Shown here piece by piece: positions 12,729 to 23,870 of a DNA stretch of 27,207 nucleotides (position 1 is the stretch's first letter; every line of letters starts with the position of its first letter). Source of the DNA: Candidatus Rokuibacteriota bacterium (GTDB lineage Bacteria > Methylomirabilota > Methylomirabilia > Rokubacteriales > CSP1-6); the NCBI GenBank assembly GCA_016184305.1, contig JACPCX010000152.1:1-27207 (forward strand), in the 5' to 3' direction. The notes below the pieces were generated by a model that was given only the letters and a program-made list of their open reading frames with translations, had not been told where the DNA came from and ran no database searches. A program made the position numbers and the translations under genes.

Positions 12729-13400
12729 TCACCCCTCGTCCTTCACGAGGCGGCCGGCGCGGAGGGTGAGCGTGCGGCGCTTGAGCTGGGCGGCGAGCGC
12801 TCCCCGGTGAGTCGCCAGGAGGACGGTGGTGCCGCGCGTCCAGATCTCCTTGATCAGCTCCAGGATCTCGGCGGCCATGTCCTCGTCCAGGTTGCCCGTG
12901 GGCTCGTCGGCGAGGAGAAGCGCGGGAGCCTTGACAATGGCGCGGGCAAGCGAGGCGCGCTGGGCCTCCCCCTGCGAGAGCTGGGCGGGATAGGCCTGGG
13001 CGCGAGCCGAGAGCCCCACGGCCTTCAGCGCCTGGAAGGCCCGCGGAATGATCTCGCCGCGAGGGGTTCCCAGCACGCGCAGGACAAAGGCCACGTTCTC
13101 GAAGACCGTCCGCCCGGCGAGGAGCTTGGCATCCTGGAAGACGATGCCGATGGAACGCCGGAGGAGGGGAATCCCGGAGCGCCGGAGCGTGACGAGGTCG
13201 AATCCCGCCACCTCGATATCGCCCTCGGAGGGACGCTCGTCCCGGTAGAGAAGGCGCAGGAGGGTGGTCTTTCCAGCCCCACTCGGCCCGGCCAGAACGA
13301 CGAACTCGCCCTTGTCCACGCTGAACGAGACGTCGGTGAGGGCCGGCAGGGCAACCGGGCCGATATCGTACAGCTTCGCCACATGGTGGAGCCGGATCAT
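12729..13400 (-). CDS. ftsE: Cell division ATP-binding protein FtsE
   Basis: GPSGAGKT, IGIVFQD, signature LSQGEAQR and LLADEPTGNLD. 223 aa, upstream of ftsX. Confidence 0.93.
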   Translation of the reverse strand: MIRLHHVAKLYDIGPVALPALTDVSFSVDKGEFVVLAGPSGAGKTTLLRLLYRDERPSEGDIEVAGFDLVTLRRSGIPLLRRSIGIVFQDAKLLAGRTVFENVAFVLRVLGTPRGEIIPRAFQALKAVGLSARAQAYPAQLSQGEAQRASLARAIVKAPALLLADEPTGNLDEDMAAEILELIKEIWTRGTTVLLATHRGALAAQLKRRTLTLRAGRLVKDEG

Positions 13401-13411
13401 TGGCTGCCACC

Positions 13412-13440
13412 ATTCTACTTAACCCTTTAACCTTTCGGAA
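13412..13440 (-). promoter_or_regulatory. Putative internal sigma70 promoter for ftsEX
   Basis: Minus strand TTCCGA-17 bp-TAGAAT in an AT-rich patch. The -10 ends 11 nt before the ftsE ATG; the -35 is weak. Confidence 0.4.
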
Positions 13441-14881
13441 GTTTTTCCCCCAGCAGCTGATTTACCAGCGCCGGGTTGGCCCGTCCCAGCGTCGCCTTCA
13501 TGACCTGGCCCACCAGGAAGCCCAGGGCGGCCTTCTTTCCCCCACGCCAGTCCTCGACGACCTTGGGGTGCGCCGCCAGGACCTGGTCCACGACTCGCGT
13601 CAGCTCGCCGGCTTCCGCGACCTGGATGAGCCCCTCTCGCAGGACGATGGACGGGGCGTCCTGGCCGGTCCGGTACATCGTCTCGAAGATGTCCTTGGCC
13701 ATCTTGCCGCTGATGGTCCCGTCGTCGATCAGCCGGAGGAGCCCGGCCAGGTTGCGGGGTGGGATCGGACAGGCCGCCACCCTGCGGTCATCGTCCGCGG
13801 GCATCTCGCGCAGGAGCTCGTTGAGCACCCAGTTGGCGACGATCTTGGGCTTGTCGTACTCCCTCACCGTCGTCTCGAAGTAATCGGCCAGCGTCCGTCC
13901 CTGGGTGAGAAGGTCGGCGTCGTACGCCGATAATCCGTAATCGCCGGCGAAGCGCCGGCGGCGCGCGGCCGGCATCTCCGGAAGAGTGGCACGGATCGCC
14001 TCGACCCACCGGGCCTCGACCTGGAGCGGCGGCAGGTCCGGCTCCGGGAAATAGCGGTAGTCGTGGGCATACTCCTTGGAGCGCATGGAGACGGTCCGGA
14101 CGCGCTCCGGGTCCCACAGCCTCGTCTCCTGGACAATCTTCTGGCCCTCGGCGAGCGCGCGCTCCTGCCGCTTGACCTCGTACTCCAGGGCATGCTGGAC
14201 GTTCCGGAAGGAGTTCATGTTCTTGATCTCGACCTTGACACCGAGCTCCTGGCTCCCCGCGGGGCGCAGCGAGACGTTGGCGTCGCAGCGCAGCGACCCC
14301 TCCTCCATGTTCCCGTCGCAGACGCCGAGGTAGACGACGATGGTCCGGAGCGTGCGCAGGTAGGCCGCGGCCTCCGCGGGGCTTCGCATGTCGGGCCTGG
14401 AGACGATCTCCATGAGGGGGACGCCGGCCCGGTTGAAATCCACGGTGCTCGACTGGGCCGTCTCGAGCGGTCCCTCGTGGATGAGCTTGCCCACGTCCTC
14501 CTCGAGGTGAAGCCGCTGGATGCCGATGGTGCGCGAGGAGCCGCCGACCTCGATGTCGAGGACGCCGTGCTCGGCCAGCGGCTCCTCGTACTGGCTGATC
14601 TGGAAGTTCTTCGGCATGTCCGGGTAGTAGTAGTGCTTCCGCGCGAAGCGGTGGTGCTCGTTGACCCGGCAGCCCACCGCCAGCGCGGTCCTGATCCCGA
14701 ACTCCACCGCGCTCCGGTTGATCACCGGCAGCGCCCCCGGCATGCCCTGGCACACGGGACAGGTCTGGCTGTTGGGCGCCGCGCCGAAGGCCGTCGAGCA
14801 GCCGCAGAACATCTTGCTGCGGGTCAGGAGCTGGGCGTGGACCTCGAGCCCGATGACGGTCTGGAGCGCGGGGGCGGTCAT
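13427..14881 (-). CDS. gatB: Asp/Glu-tRNA amidotransferase subunit B
   Basis: [50 protein letters not shown] and GQVMKAT. ATG 14881 overlaps the gatA stop (ATGA). Confidence 0.97.
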   Translation of the reverse strand: MTAPALQTVIGLEVHAQLLTRSKMFCGCSTAFGAAPNSQTCPVCQGMPGALPVINRSAVEFGIRTALAVGCRVNEHHRFARKHYYYPDMPKNFQISQYEEPLAEHGVLDIEVGGSSRTIGIQRLHLEEDVGKLIHEGPLETAQSSTVDFNRAGVPLMEIVSRPDMRSPAEAAAYLRTLRTIVVYLGVCDGNMEEGSLRCDANVSLRPAGSQELGVKVEIKNMNSFRNVQHALEYEVKRQERALAEGQKIVQETRLWDPERVRTVSMRSKEYAHDYRYFPEPDLPPLQVEARWVEAIRATLPEMPAARRRRFAGDYGLSAYDADLLTQGRTLADYFETTVREYDKPKIVANWVLNELLREMPADDDRRVAACPIPPRNLAGLLRLIDDGTISGKMAKDIFETMYRTGQDAPSIVLREGLIQVAEAGELTRVVDQVLAAHPKVVEDWRGGKKAALGFLVGQVMKATLGRANPALVNQLLGEKLPKG

Positions 14882-16247
14882 GGGAGGGTGGGCTTTCTCA
14901 GGTGCCAGTCGGTGGCCTGCTGGTAGGCGTGGGCGGCGCGCAGCACGGTGGACTCGTCGAAGGCCCGCCCGATGAGCTGCAGCCCGATCGGGAGCCCCGA
15001 CGTCGTGAAGCCCGCGGGCACTCTGCAGGGGATCCGTCTTCTCGCCCAGCGTGAACGCCACACCCGGCGTGGTGGGCGCGGCGAGCACGTCCACCCGCTC
15101 GAAGGCCTCCTGGAAATCCCGCCGGACCAGCGTCCGCACGCGCTGGGCCTTTCCGTAGTAGGCGTCGTAGTAGCCCGCGGACAGCGCATAGGTGCCGAGC
15201 ATGATCCGGCGCTTGACCTCGGCCCCGAAGCCCGCCGCCCGCGTCCGGCCGTACATCTCGATCAGGTCGCGTCCGCCCGGCACCCGGAGCCCGTACTTCA
15301 CGCCGTCGTACCGAGCCAGGTTCGAGGAGGCCTCGGCGGGAGCGATGACGTAGTACGCGGCCAGCCCGTACCGGGTGTGCGGGAGCGACACGGCTTCCGG
15401 CCGCGCTCCGAGGCCGCGAAGCACCTCGATGGCCGCCTTCACCGCCGCCTCCACCTCGGGATCGATCCCGTCGATGAAGTACTCGGCGGGAATCCCGACC
15501 CGGAGCCCCTCGATTCCCCCCTCGAGCGCCGCGCGGTAGTCGGGCACGGGGACGTCCACCGAGGTCGAGTCCCGGGGGTCGGCGCCGGCGATGACCCCCA
15601 GGACCAGCGCCGCGTCGGCCACCGTCTTCGCGAAGGGGCCGATCTGGTCCAGCGATGAGGCGAAGGCGATGAGGCCGTACCGCGAGACGCGCCCGTAGGT
15701 GGGCTTGAGGCCCACCGTCCCGCAGAAGGCCGCCGGCTGCCGGATGGAGCCGCCGGTGTCCGACCCGAGCGTCGCCGCGGCGAGGTCGGCGGCGGCCGCG
15801 GCCGCCGAGCCGCCGGACGAGCCCCCGGGCACGCGCTCCAGATCCCAGGGGTTCCGCGTGGGGAAGAAGGCCGAGTGCTCCGTGGACGAGCCCATGGCGA
15901 ACTCGTCCATGTTGAGCTTGCCGAGGAGCACGGCGCCCGCCGCGCGGAGCCGCGCCATCACCGTGGCGTCGTACGGCGGCACTGGTGCGGATCCCCCGCG
16001 TGCAGAGCAGGTCCTTGAGGGCAATGGGGACGCCGTCGAGCGGCGAGAGCGGCCGGCCGGCCGTGAAGCGCGCGCCGGCCTCCGCCGCCTGGCCGAGCGC
16101 CGCCTGCCGCGTCACCGTGAGGAAGGCGTTCACGCGGCCGTCGAGCGCCTCGATGCGCTCGAGGTACGCCGCCGCCGCCTGACTCGGCGTGGCCTCGCCC
16201 CGGCGGAAGCGGGCCCCCAGCTCCTCGATGGTGAGGCGCGTGAGCAT
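14878..16247 (-). pseudogene. gatA: Asp/Glu-tRNA amidotransferase subunit A with two frameshifting deletions (probably assembly errors)
   Basis: Three frames: MLTRLT...[15 protein letters not shown], then VPPYDATV...[13 protein letters not shown]...GGSSGGS...[11 protein letters not shown]...EVKRRIMLG...DPLQ, then VPAGF...[10 protein letters not shown]. Junctions at 15983/15982 and 15022/15021. Confidence 0.9.
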
Positions 16248-16250
16248 GCC

Positions 16251-16550
16251 CTACTCTTCGATGATCCTGGGCACGCGGAAGAACTCGCCGCTCGGATCGG
16301 GCGCATTCGCCAGCATGTCCGTCTGCGGCACGGAGGGGCGGGGCTCGTCCTCCCGCATCACGTTGGTGAGCGGGACGGCATGCGAGGTCGGCTCGACACC
16401 GTCAGTCTGAAGCGCCCGCAGCGTGTCGATGTAGGACAGGATGCCGTCGAGCTCGCGGCGCATGCGCTCCTTGTCGGCCGCGGAGAGCTCGAGCCGCGCC
16501 AGGCGGGCCACGTGCTCCACCTGCGACAGCGAGATCTTCGGCTGAGTCAC
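16251..16550 (-). CDS. gatC: Asp/Glu-tRNA amidotransferase subunit C
   Basis: VEHVARLARL, VEPTSH, NVMRED and NAP...FFRVPRIIE. The GTG start overlaps the pcrA stop. Confidence 0.96.
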   Translation of the reverse strand: MTQPKISLSQVEHVARLARLELSAADKERMRRELDGILSYIDTLRALQTDGVEPTSHAVPLTNVMREDEPRPSVPQTDMLANAPDPSGEFFRVPRIIEE

Positions 16551-18739
16551 TCGATCTCCTCGAGGTGCGCGTACTGGAGCGACAGGCGCTTGCGCCCGAC
16601 GCTCGCAAAGTGCACGGTGGCGATCACGTCGGCCCCTTCCCGCTCGATCCCCACCAGGAGCCCCTCGCCCCAGCGCGCGTGCCGGAGCCTGGCGCCCACG
16701 CGGAAGGGCAGATCGTCGTCCGGCTCCACCTCCTGCGGCATGGGTCCGGTCGGGCGCGACGGCATGCGCGGGTCGGCGGCGCGGGAGTTGAGGAGCGTCA
16801 GGGCGTCCTCCGGGATCTCCAGGAGGAAGCGCGAGGGCTCCCCGAGCCCGTACCCGTGCAGCCGCCGGTGGAGCGCGTAGGACAGGAAGAGACGCTCCTT
16901 GGCCCGCGTGAGACCGACGTAGCAGAGCCGCCGCTCCTCCTCAAGCTCCTCCGGGTCGTTCATGGAGCGCGAGTGGGGGAAGATCCCTTCCTCCATGCCC
17001 GTGAGGAACACGGCGGGGAACTCGAGCCCCTTGGCGGCGTGCAGCGTCATGAGGGTGACCCCCGTGGGGTCCTCCTCGATCTCATCGGTGTCGGCCACGA
17101 GCGAGATGGAGTCGAGGAAGGCTTCCAGCGCACCCTCGCCCGGGGGCTCGGCCGCCCGGGACTGGAGAAACTCCTCGGAGGCCGCGACGAGCTCCTCCAG
17201 GTTCTCGATCCGCGCATCGGCCTCCGCCGTGCGCTCGGCCTTGAGCGCCTCGCGGTAGCCGGAGGCGGCCAGCACCTCGTCGATGAAGGCCGGCAGCGGC
17301 AGCGCGGCGCGCCGCTCCCCGAGACGGACGACGAGCCCGGCGAAGTTCTGGAGCGCCTTGCGCGGCTTGGCCGTGATCTCGGGCGGGAGCGCGTCGCAAC
17401 CGGCCAGCAGGCCCAGCGCGCTGCGGCGCGCCAGGGCATCCAGATGGTCGAGCGTCGTCCGGCCGATGCCGCGGGAGGGCGCGGCCACCGCGCGGCGAAA
17501 CGCGATGTCGTCCCTGGGGTTCACCACGAGGCGGAGATACGCCACCACGTCCTTGATCTCTCTCCGCTCGTAGAAGCGGACGCCGCCCACGATGAGGTAC
17601 GGGAGGCTCGCGCGGCGGAGCGCGTCCTCCAGGACCCGCGACTGGGCGTTGGTGCGATAGAAGATCGCCGTGTCGCGGTACTCCCCGCCCCGGTCGTGGA
17701 GGTCGCGGATCGCGCGGGCCACGAAGCCTGCCTCCTCGTTCTCGTCCCACGCCCGGTACACGGCCGCCGTCTCTCCTTCGGCGTTCTCCGTCCAGAGCGT
17801 CTTGTCCTTGCGCGCCGTGTTGTGCTGGATGACCGCCGAGGCCATCCGGAGGATGCGCTTCGTGGACCGGTAGTTCTGCTCGAGCGCCACCACGCGGCAG
17901 TCCGGGAAGTCCTTCTCGAAGTCGAGGATGTTCCGGAGATCCGCGCCCCGCCACCGGTAGACCGACTGGTCGGGATCGCCCACGACACAGAGGTTGCGGT
18001 GTTCCTGCGTCAGGAGCCGCACCAGCTGGTACTGGGCGCGGTTGGTGTCCTGGTACTCGTCCACGAGCACGTGCTGCCAGAGCTCCCGGTACCACGCGAG
18101 GGTGTCCGGCGCGGCCTCGAAGAGGCGCACGCCCAGGAGCAGCAGGTCGTCGAAGTCCACCGCGCCGATCCCGTGCAGCCGGCCCTCGTAGAGTCGGTAC
18201 AGCGAGGCGATGCGCTCCTCGCGCGGCGTCCGGGCGACGCGCTCGACCTCCTCCACCGAGAGCATCTGGTTCTTGGCGTGGCTGATCCGGTACACGGCCG
18301 CGGTCGGCGTGAGCTCGCGCTCGTCCAGCTTGAGCTCGCGCATGGCCTCCCGGACCAGGGTGAGCCGGTCCTCCTCGTCGTAGATCACGAAGGAGGGGGT
18401 GAGGCCCACGCGCGGGGCATGCGCGCGGAGCAGCCGGACGCACATGGAGTGGAAGGTGGCGATGAGGGGCGGGCGGATCCCCGCGGGCAGCACCAGCTCC
18501 TCGACGCGCCGGCGCATCTCGCCGGCGGCCTTGTTCGTGAACGTGACGGCGAGCACGTGGCGCGGATGGACCCCCTCGACGCCGAGGAGATAGGCGATGC
18601 GGTGGGCGATGACGCGCGTCTTGCCGCTCCCCGCCCCCGCCAGGACGAGGAGCGGGCCCCGGGTGGCCATCACGGCTTCCCGCTGCACCGGATTCAGCGG
18701 GCCGAGGATCGCCTCGCGGCTCACTTCCGAGCGGAGCAT
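16547..18739 (-). CDS. pcrA: ATP-dependent DNA helicase PcrA/UvrD
   Basis: AGAGSGKT, TFTNKAA, VDEYQDTN, VGDPDQS, EQNYRST, YRTNAQSR, LHAAKGLEF, EEERRLCYVG and a C-terminal Tudor-like domain. Start is uncertain (18757, 18739 or 18724). Confidence 0.95.
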   Translation of the reverse strand: MLRSEVSREAILGPLNPVQREAVMATRGPLLVLAGAGSGKTRVIAHRIAYLLGVEGVHPRHVLAVTFTNKAAGEMRRRVEELVLPAGIRPPLIATFHSMCVRLLRAHAPRVGLTPSFVIYDEEDRLTLVREAMRELKLDERELTPTAAVYRISHAKNQMLSVEEVERVARTPREERIASLYRLYEGRLHGIGAVDFDDLLLLGVRLFEAAPDTLAWYRELWQHVLVDEYQDTNRAQYQLVRLLTQEHRNLCVVGDPDQSVYRWRGADLRNILDFEKDFPDCRVVALEQNYRSTKRILRMASAVIQHNTARKDKTLWTENAEGETAAVYRAWDENEEAGFVARAIRDLHDRGGEYRDTAIFYRTNAQSRVLEDALRRASLPYLIVGGVRFYERREIKDVVAYLRLVVNPRDDIAFRRAVAAPSRGIGRTTLDHLDALARRSALGLLAGCDALPPEITAKPRKALQNFAGLVVRLGERRAALPLPAFIDEVLAASGYREALKAERTAEADARIENLEELVAASEEFLQSRAAEPPGEGALEAFLDSISLVADTDEIEEDPTGVTLMTLHAAKGLEFPAVFLTGMEEGIFPHSRSMNDPEELEEERRLCYVGLTRAKERLFLSYALHRRLHGYGLGEPSRFLLEIPEDALTLLNSRAADPRMPSRPTGPMPQEVEPDDDLPFRVGARLRHARWGEGLLVGIEREGADVIATVHFASVGRKRLSLQYAHLEEIE

Positions 18740-18809
18740 GGGCCTGTACGATACCACACGGGAGCGCGCGCACCGGGGGGAGCCTGGATGCGGGCTCCGC
18801 GGGCGGCGG

Positions 18810-20648
<1,839 letters not shown>

Positions 20649-20654
20649 GGCTAG

Positions 20655-20839
20655 CAGGCCGCTGAAAACGGCCGATCTGCGTCGTTGGCGCCCTCGGCCG
20701 CCCGCTCGACGTGACTCGCTTGCGCTCGCCGGATCTCCGGATATGCTCGCCTCGCCTCCGGCTCAGCTCGCCAAGCGGAGTACGCCTCGCGCGCGGCCGT
20801 CGGGCGCCGCCTCGCATCTGGACCCTTTTGAGCGACCGG
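20655..20839 (-). mobile_element. MITE-like palindromic repeat, copy 2 (inverted relative to copy 1)
   Basis: The reverse complement aligns end to end with 4655-4842 (GGTCCAGATGC.AGGCGGCGCCCGACGGCCGC.CGCGAGGCGTACTC...TTTTCAGCGGCCTG-CTAG). It fills the glmU-glmS spacer. Confidence 0.75.
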
Positions 20840-20858
20840 AGAACTCCGGAGCATCGGG

Positions 20859-22268
20859 CTAGTCCTGGCCCGCGGGCTTCTCTGTGTCGCGGCGGCGCGC
20901 GGCCTGGCGGCGAGCGGCCCAGCCCTCGCGTATCTCCTGCCGGCCCCGCGCCACCGCCAGCGCGCCGGGCGGGACGTTCTTGGTGATGACCGAGCCCGCC
21001 GCCACGTAGGCGCCCTCGCCGATGGTCACCGGGGCGACGAGGCTCGCGTTGGTGCCGATGAAGGCCCGGTCGCCGATCACCGTCTCGTGCTTGGTCACGC
21101 CGTCGTAGTTGCAGGTGATCGTGCCCGCGCCCAGGTTGGCGCCCTCGCCCACCGTGGCATCCCCCACGTAGGAGAGGTGGGGCACCTTGGCCCCGCGCCC
21201 GATGCGCGACTTCTTGATCTCCACGAAGTTGCCGATCTTCGCCGCCGGGCCCACGTGCGAGAGCGGCCGCAGGTGGCAGAAGGGGCCGAGCTGCGCGCCG
21301 TCCTCCACGCGCGCCTCGGTGAGCACGCAGTAGGGCTTGAGCGCCACGCGATCGCCCAGCCGGCTCGACACGACGTGGCAGCCCGGCCCCACCACGCACT
21401 CGCTGCCGATGACGGTCTGCCCCTCGAGGATCACTCCGGGATAGAGCACGGTGTCCGCCCCGATCCGCACGGTGTCGTCCACGAAGGTCGAGGCCGGGTC
21501 GAGGACGGTGACGCCCTCGGCCATGAGACGGTCGAGGATGCGCCGGCGCACGATAGCCGAGACCTGGGCGAGCTGCTTCCGGTCATTGATACCGAGGCAC
21601 TCGGCCGCATCGGGTGCGACCACGGCCTCGATCCGCTGCCGCTCGCGCTGGAGAATCCCGATCACGTCGGTGAGGTAGTACTCGCCCTGGTCGTTCTGGG
21701 GCGTCACCTGCGAGAGCGCCGGCCAGAAGCGGCGTGCCTCGAAGCAGTAGACGGAGGTGCCGATCTCGCGGATGGCGCGCTGCGCTTCCGTCGCATCGCG
21801 GTGCTCGACAATGGCGACGGGTCGCTCGCCCTCGCGGACCACCCGCCCGTAGCCGGTGGGATCGTCCAGCACGGCCGTGAGCAGGGTGGCGGCGGCGCCG
21901 GTGGCGCGGTGATGCTCCACGAGGCGGCGCAGCGTGGGCTCGGCGAGCAGCGGCTGGTCGGCGGGGATCACGAGGACAATCCCCTCGTCGCCCCCGCAGG
22001 CGCCGCGCGTCTGGAGCACCGCATGCCCCGTCCCGAGCCGCTCCTTCTGCTCGACGAAGGTCAGGTCGTCGGCCTCACCGACCGCGGCCCGCACCTCGTC
22101 GGCGGCGCGTCCCACGACCACCACCACGCGGGCCCCCAGCGCCCGGCACACCGCCACGGGATAGGCGATCAGGGGCCGGCCGCAGAGCGGGTGGAGAACC
22201 TTTGGGCGGCTCGAGCGCATGCGCTTGGCCTCGCCCGCCGCGAGAATGACCGCTATCAGCTTCTTCAT
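20859..22268 (-). CDS. glmU: Bifunctional UDP-GlcNAc pyrophosphorylase / glucosamine-1-phosphate acetyltransferase GlmU
   Basis: ILAAGEAKRMRS..PKVLH, LGTGHAV, GYGRV, EYYLTD, hexapeptide repeats, GNFVEIK, HLSYVGD and ITCNYDG. Confidence 0.98.
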   Translation of the reverse strand: MKKLIAVILAAGEAKRMRSSRPKVLHPLCGRPLIAYPVAVCRALGARVVVVVGRAADEVRAAVGEADDLTFVEQKERLGTGHAVLQTRGACGGDEGIVLVIPADQPLLAEPTLRRLVEHHRATGAAATLLTAVLDDPTGYGRVVREGERPVAIVEHRDATEAQRAIREIGTSVYCFEARRFWPALSQVTPQNDQGEYYLTDVIGILQRERQRIEAVVAPDAAECLGINDRKQLAQVSAIVRRRILDRLMAEGVTVLDPASTFVDDTVRIGADTVLYPGVILEGQTVIGSECVVGPGCHVVSSRLGDRVALKPYCVLTEARVEDGAQLGPFCHLRPLSHVGPAAKIGNFVEIKKSRIGRGAKVPHLSYVGDATVGEGANLGAGTITCNYDGVTKHETVIGDRAFIGTNASLVAPVTIGEGAYVAAGSVITKNVPPGALAVARGRQEIREGWAARRQAARRRDTEKPAGQD

Positions 22269-22277
22269 GCTTGATCG

Positions 22278-22298
22278 ATTCTAGCACGCGGCGTGCCA
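22278..22298 (-). promoter_or_regulatory. Overlapping sigma54 (-24/-12) and extended -10 sigma70 promoter motifs upstream of glmU
   Basis: Minus strand TGGCACGCCGCGTGCTAGAAT: GG-N10-GC with TGGCACG and TGCT, and also TG-n-TAGAAT. Confidence 0.55.
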
Positions 22299-22360
22299 CA
22301 GGGCCTGACGGGCCCCGGGGCGCGGGGGAAACGGGGCTGACGCGCCCTTCCGGCCCACGG

Positions 22361-22383
22361 TCAACATGGCCCCACCATGTTGA
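22361..22383. promoter_or_regulatory. Perfect palindrome: possible activator/operator site or RNA stem
   Basis: TCAACATGG-N5-CCATGTTGA, directly after the rluD stop and about 100 bp upstream of the predicted glmU start site. Confidence 0.45.
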
Positions 22384-23340
22384 TCATGGCGACCTGTGGC
22401 GCAGGCGAGACAGCAGGCGCTCCATTCTGTCGGGCAAAGGAGACAGGAGATCCACGGGGGCCCCGGAGCCCGGATGAGTGAAGGCCAGCCCCGCGGCGTG
22501 TAGCGCCACGCCGTCGAGCTCGCGGATGAGCCGGGCCAGCTCGAGGTCCCCGACAGGAGCCGCGCGGCGCCGGCCGTAGGTCTCGTCACCCAGGAGCGGG
22601 TGGCCGAGCGAGGCCAGGTGCACGCGGATCTGATGCGTGCGGCCGGTCTCGAGCCGGCACTCGAGGAAGCTGACGCCCGGAAAGCGCTCCAGGACGGTGA
22701 AGCGCGTCACCGCCCGCTTGCCTTTGCCCTCCCGGGCCACCGCCATGCGCACCCGCGAGCGCGGGTCGCGTCCGATGGGCGCGTCGATCACTCCGCTCTG
22801 CCGCGTGACCGTCCCGTGGACGAGACAGAGGTAGCGGCGGTTGACGCTCCGGCGCGCCAGCTGTGCCGTCAGCGCCTCGTAGGCGCGTTGCGTCTTCGCC
22901 AGCACGATCAGGCCCGAGGTGCCCTTGTCCAGCCGGTGGACGATCCCCGGCCGGCGTGGTCCCCCGACGCCCGCGATCCCGGGGGCATGGGCCAGCGCCG
23001 CCGCCGCCAGGGTGCCGGTGCGCTGCCCCGCCCCCGGATGCGTCACCATCCCCGCGGGCTTGTCCACCACGAGCACGTCCTCGTCCTCGAAGACGATGCG
23101 GAGCGGGATCGCTTCCGGGGCCATGGTCTCGAGAGGCGGCGGAGGGATGAGAACCTCGACGCGCTCGCCGGCCCTGAGGCGATGCGCCGCCTTGACGGCG
23201 TGACCGCCCACGCGGACCTGACCGCCATCGATCAGCGCGCGGAGCCGCGTACGCGAGAGATCCGGGAGGCGCCCGGCCAGCCAGCGGTCCAGCCGCGTCC
23301 CGGCCTCGGCATGGGCGACCGTGGCGGTCCAGGTCTTCAA
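22384..23340 (-). CDS. rluD: 23S rRNA pseudouridine synthase RluD
   Basis: S4 domain (RLDRWL...SRTRL), VVDKPAGM, RPGIVHRLDKGTSG, LETGRTHQIRVH, GDETYG and ALHA. TTG start. Confidence 0.92.
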   Translation of the reverse strand: MKTWTATVAHAEAGTRLDRWLAGRLPDLSRTRLRALIDGGQVRVGGHAVKAAHRLRAGERVEVLIPPPPLETMAPEAIPLRIVFEDEDVLVVDKPAGMVTHPGAGQRTGTLAAAALAHAPGIAGVGGPRRPGIVHRLDKGTSGLIVLAKTQRAYEALTAQLARRSVNRRYLCLVHGTVTRQSGVIDAPIGRDPRSRVRMAVAREGKGKRAVTRFTVLERFPGVSFLECRLETGRTHQIRVHLASLGHPLLGDETYGRRRAAPVGDLELARLIRELDGVALHAAGLAFTHPGSGAPVDLLSPLPDRMERLLSRLRHRSP

Positions 23341-23560
23341 CTGCCGCCCGCGCGAGTTCGCCAGCCGGGCCTCCCGTCACCGACCGCGACATGACGCGGA
23401 GGGAACCTGCGCGCGCGGCGGGCACGCGGTCGGCTCGGCCGGGAGCTCAGGGGCCAATCCCCTTGCTCCATGGCGCGCAAGACCCAGAAGGCGGCCACCA
23501 GGACCAGGAGCGATCGGCCGAGGCCGGTGGACGGAAGGTCATGCGAATGGGCGAACGAGA

Positions 23561-23567
23561 GTTGGGC
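23561..23567 (-). other. Remnant attC R'' box (GCCCAAC) after the last cassette
   Basis: GCCCAAC matches RYYYAAC and lies 9 nt after the toxin stop, but no complementary arm follows. Confidence 0.35.
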
Positions 23568-23576
23568 AGCGTCGTT

Positions 23577-23870
23577 TCAGAGCCGTGACCGCCGGTAGCC
23601 GGGTCGACGGTGAAGGTGCATGACCGCCACGATGTAGATGCGCTCAGGCTCGACACGATACAGGAGGCCGTAGGGACACTTCGGAACCAGAAGACGCCTG
23701 AGCCGGCGACCAAACGGCGGGCCGCTGGCAGGAAACTCGAGCAGTCGTTCGTACGTGCGCTGAACCGTGAGGAGGAAGTCCAGCCCGAGCCCACCCGCTT
23801 GGCTCTCGTAGAACTGCGCGGCCGAAATGAACTCGTCCTGTGCCTCGGGATAAAACTCAACGCTTCTCAC
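23577..23870 (-). CDS. Type II toxin, RelE/ParE superfamily
   Basis: 97 aa with F.PEAQDEF..A.QFYE...GLG.DF and PYGLLYRV...IVAVMHLHRRPGY. The GTG start overlaps the upstream stop (GTGA). Confidence 0.88.
   Translation of the reverse strand: MRSVEFYPEAQDEFISAAQFYESQAGGLGLDFLLTVQRTYERLLEFPASGPPFGRRLRRLLVPKCPYGLLYRVEPERIYIVAVMHLHRRPGYRRSRL

Noticed and set aside
13427..16024. 865-aa GatA-GatB fusion ORF in the track
   Set aside because: It is a by-product of the gatA frameshift at 15021. gatB has its own ATG at 14881 overlapping the gatA stop.
18758..18809. Tn7 insertion at attTn7 downstream of glmS
   Set aside because: Only a ~50-bp spacer separates glmS from pcrA, with no transposon ends or target duplication. 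The site is empty.
20651..20854. Small ORFs within the repeat copies (also 4584-5018 and 4720-5013)
   Set aside because: These are translations of the palindromic repeat, not genes.
20649..20858. glmS ribozyme in the glmS leader
   Set aside because: The conserved core (AGCGCC...ACT...GACGAGG) is not present, and the structure is explained by a dispersed repeat also found at 4655-4842.
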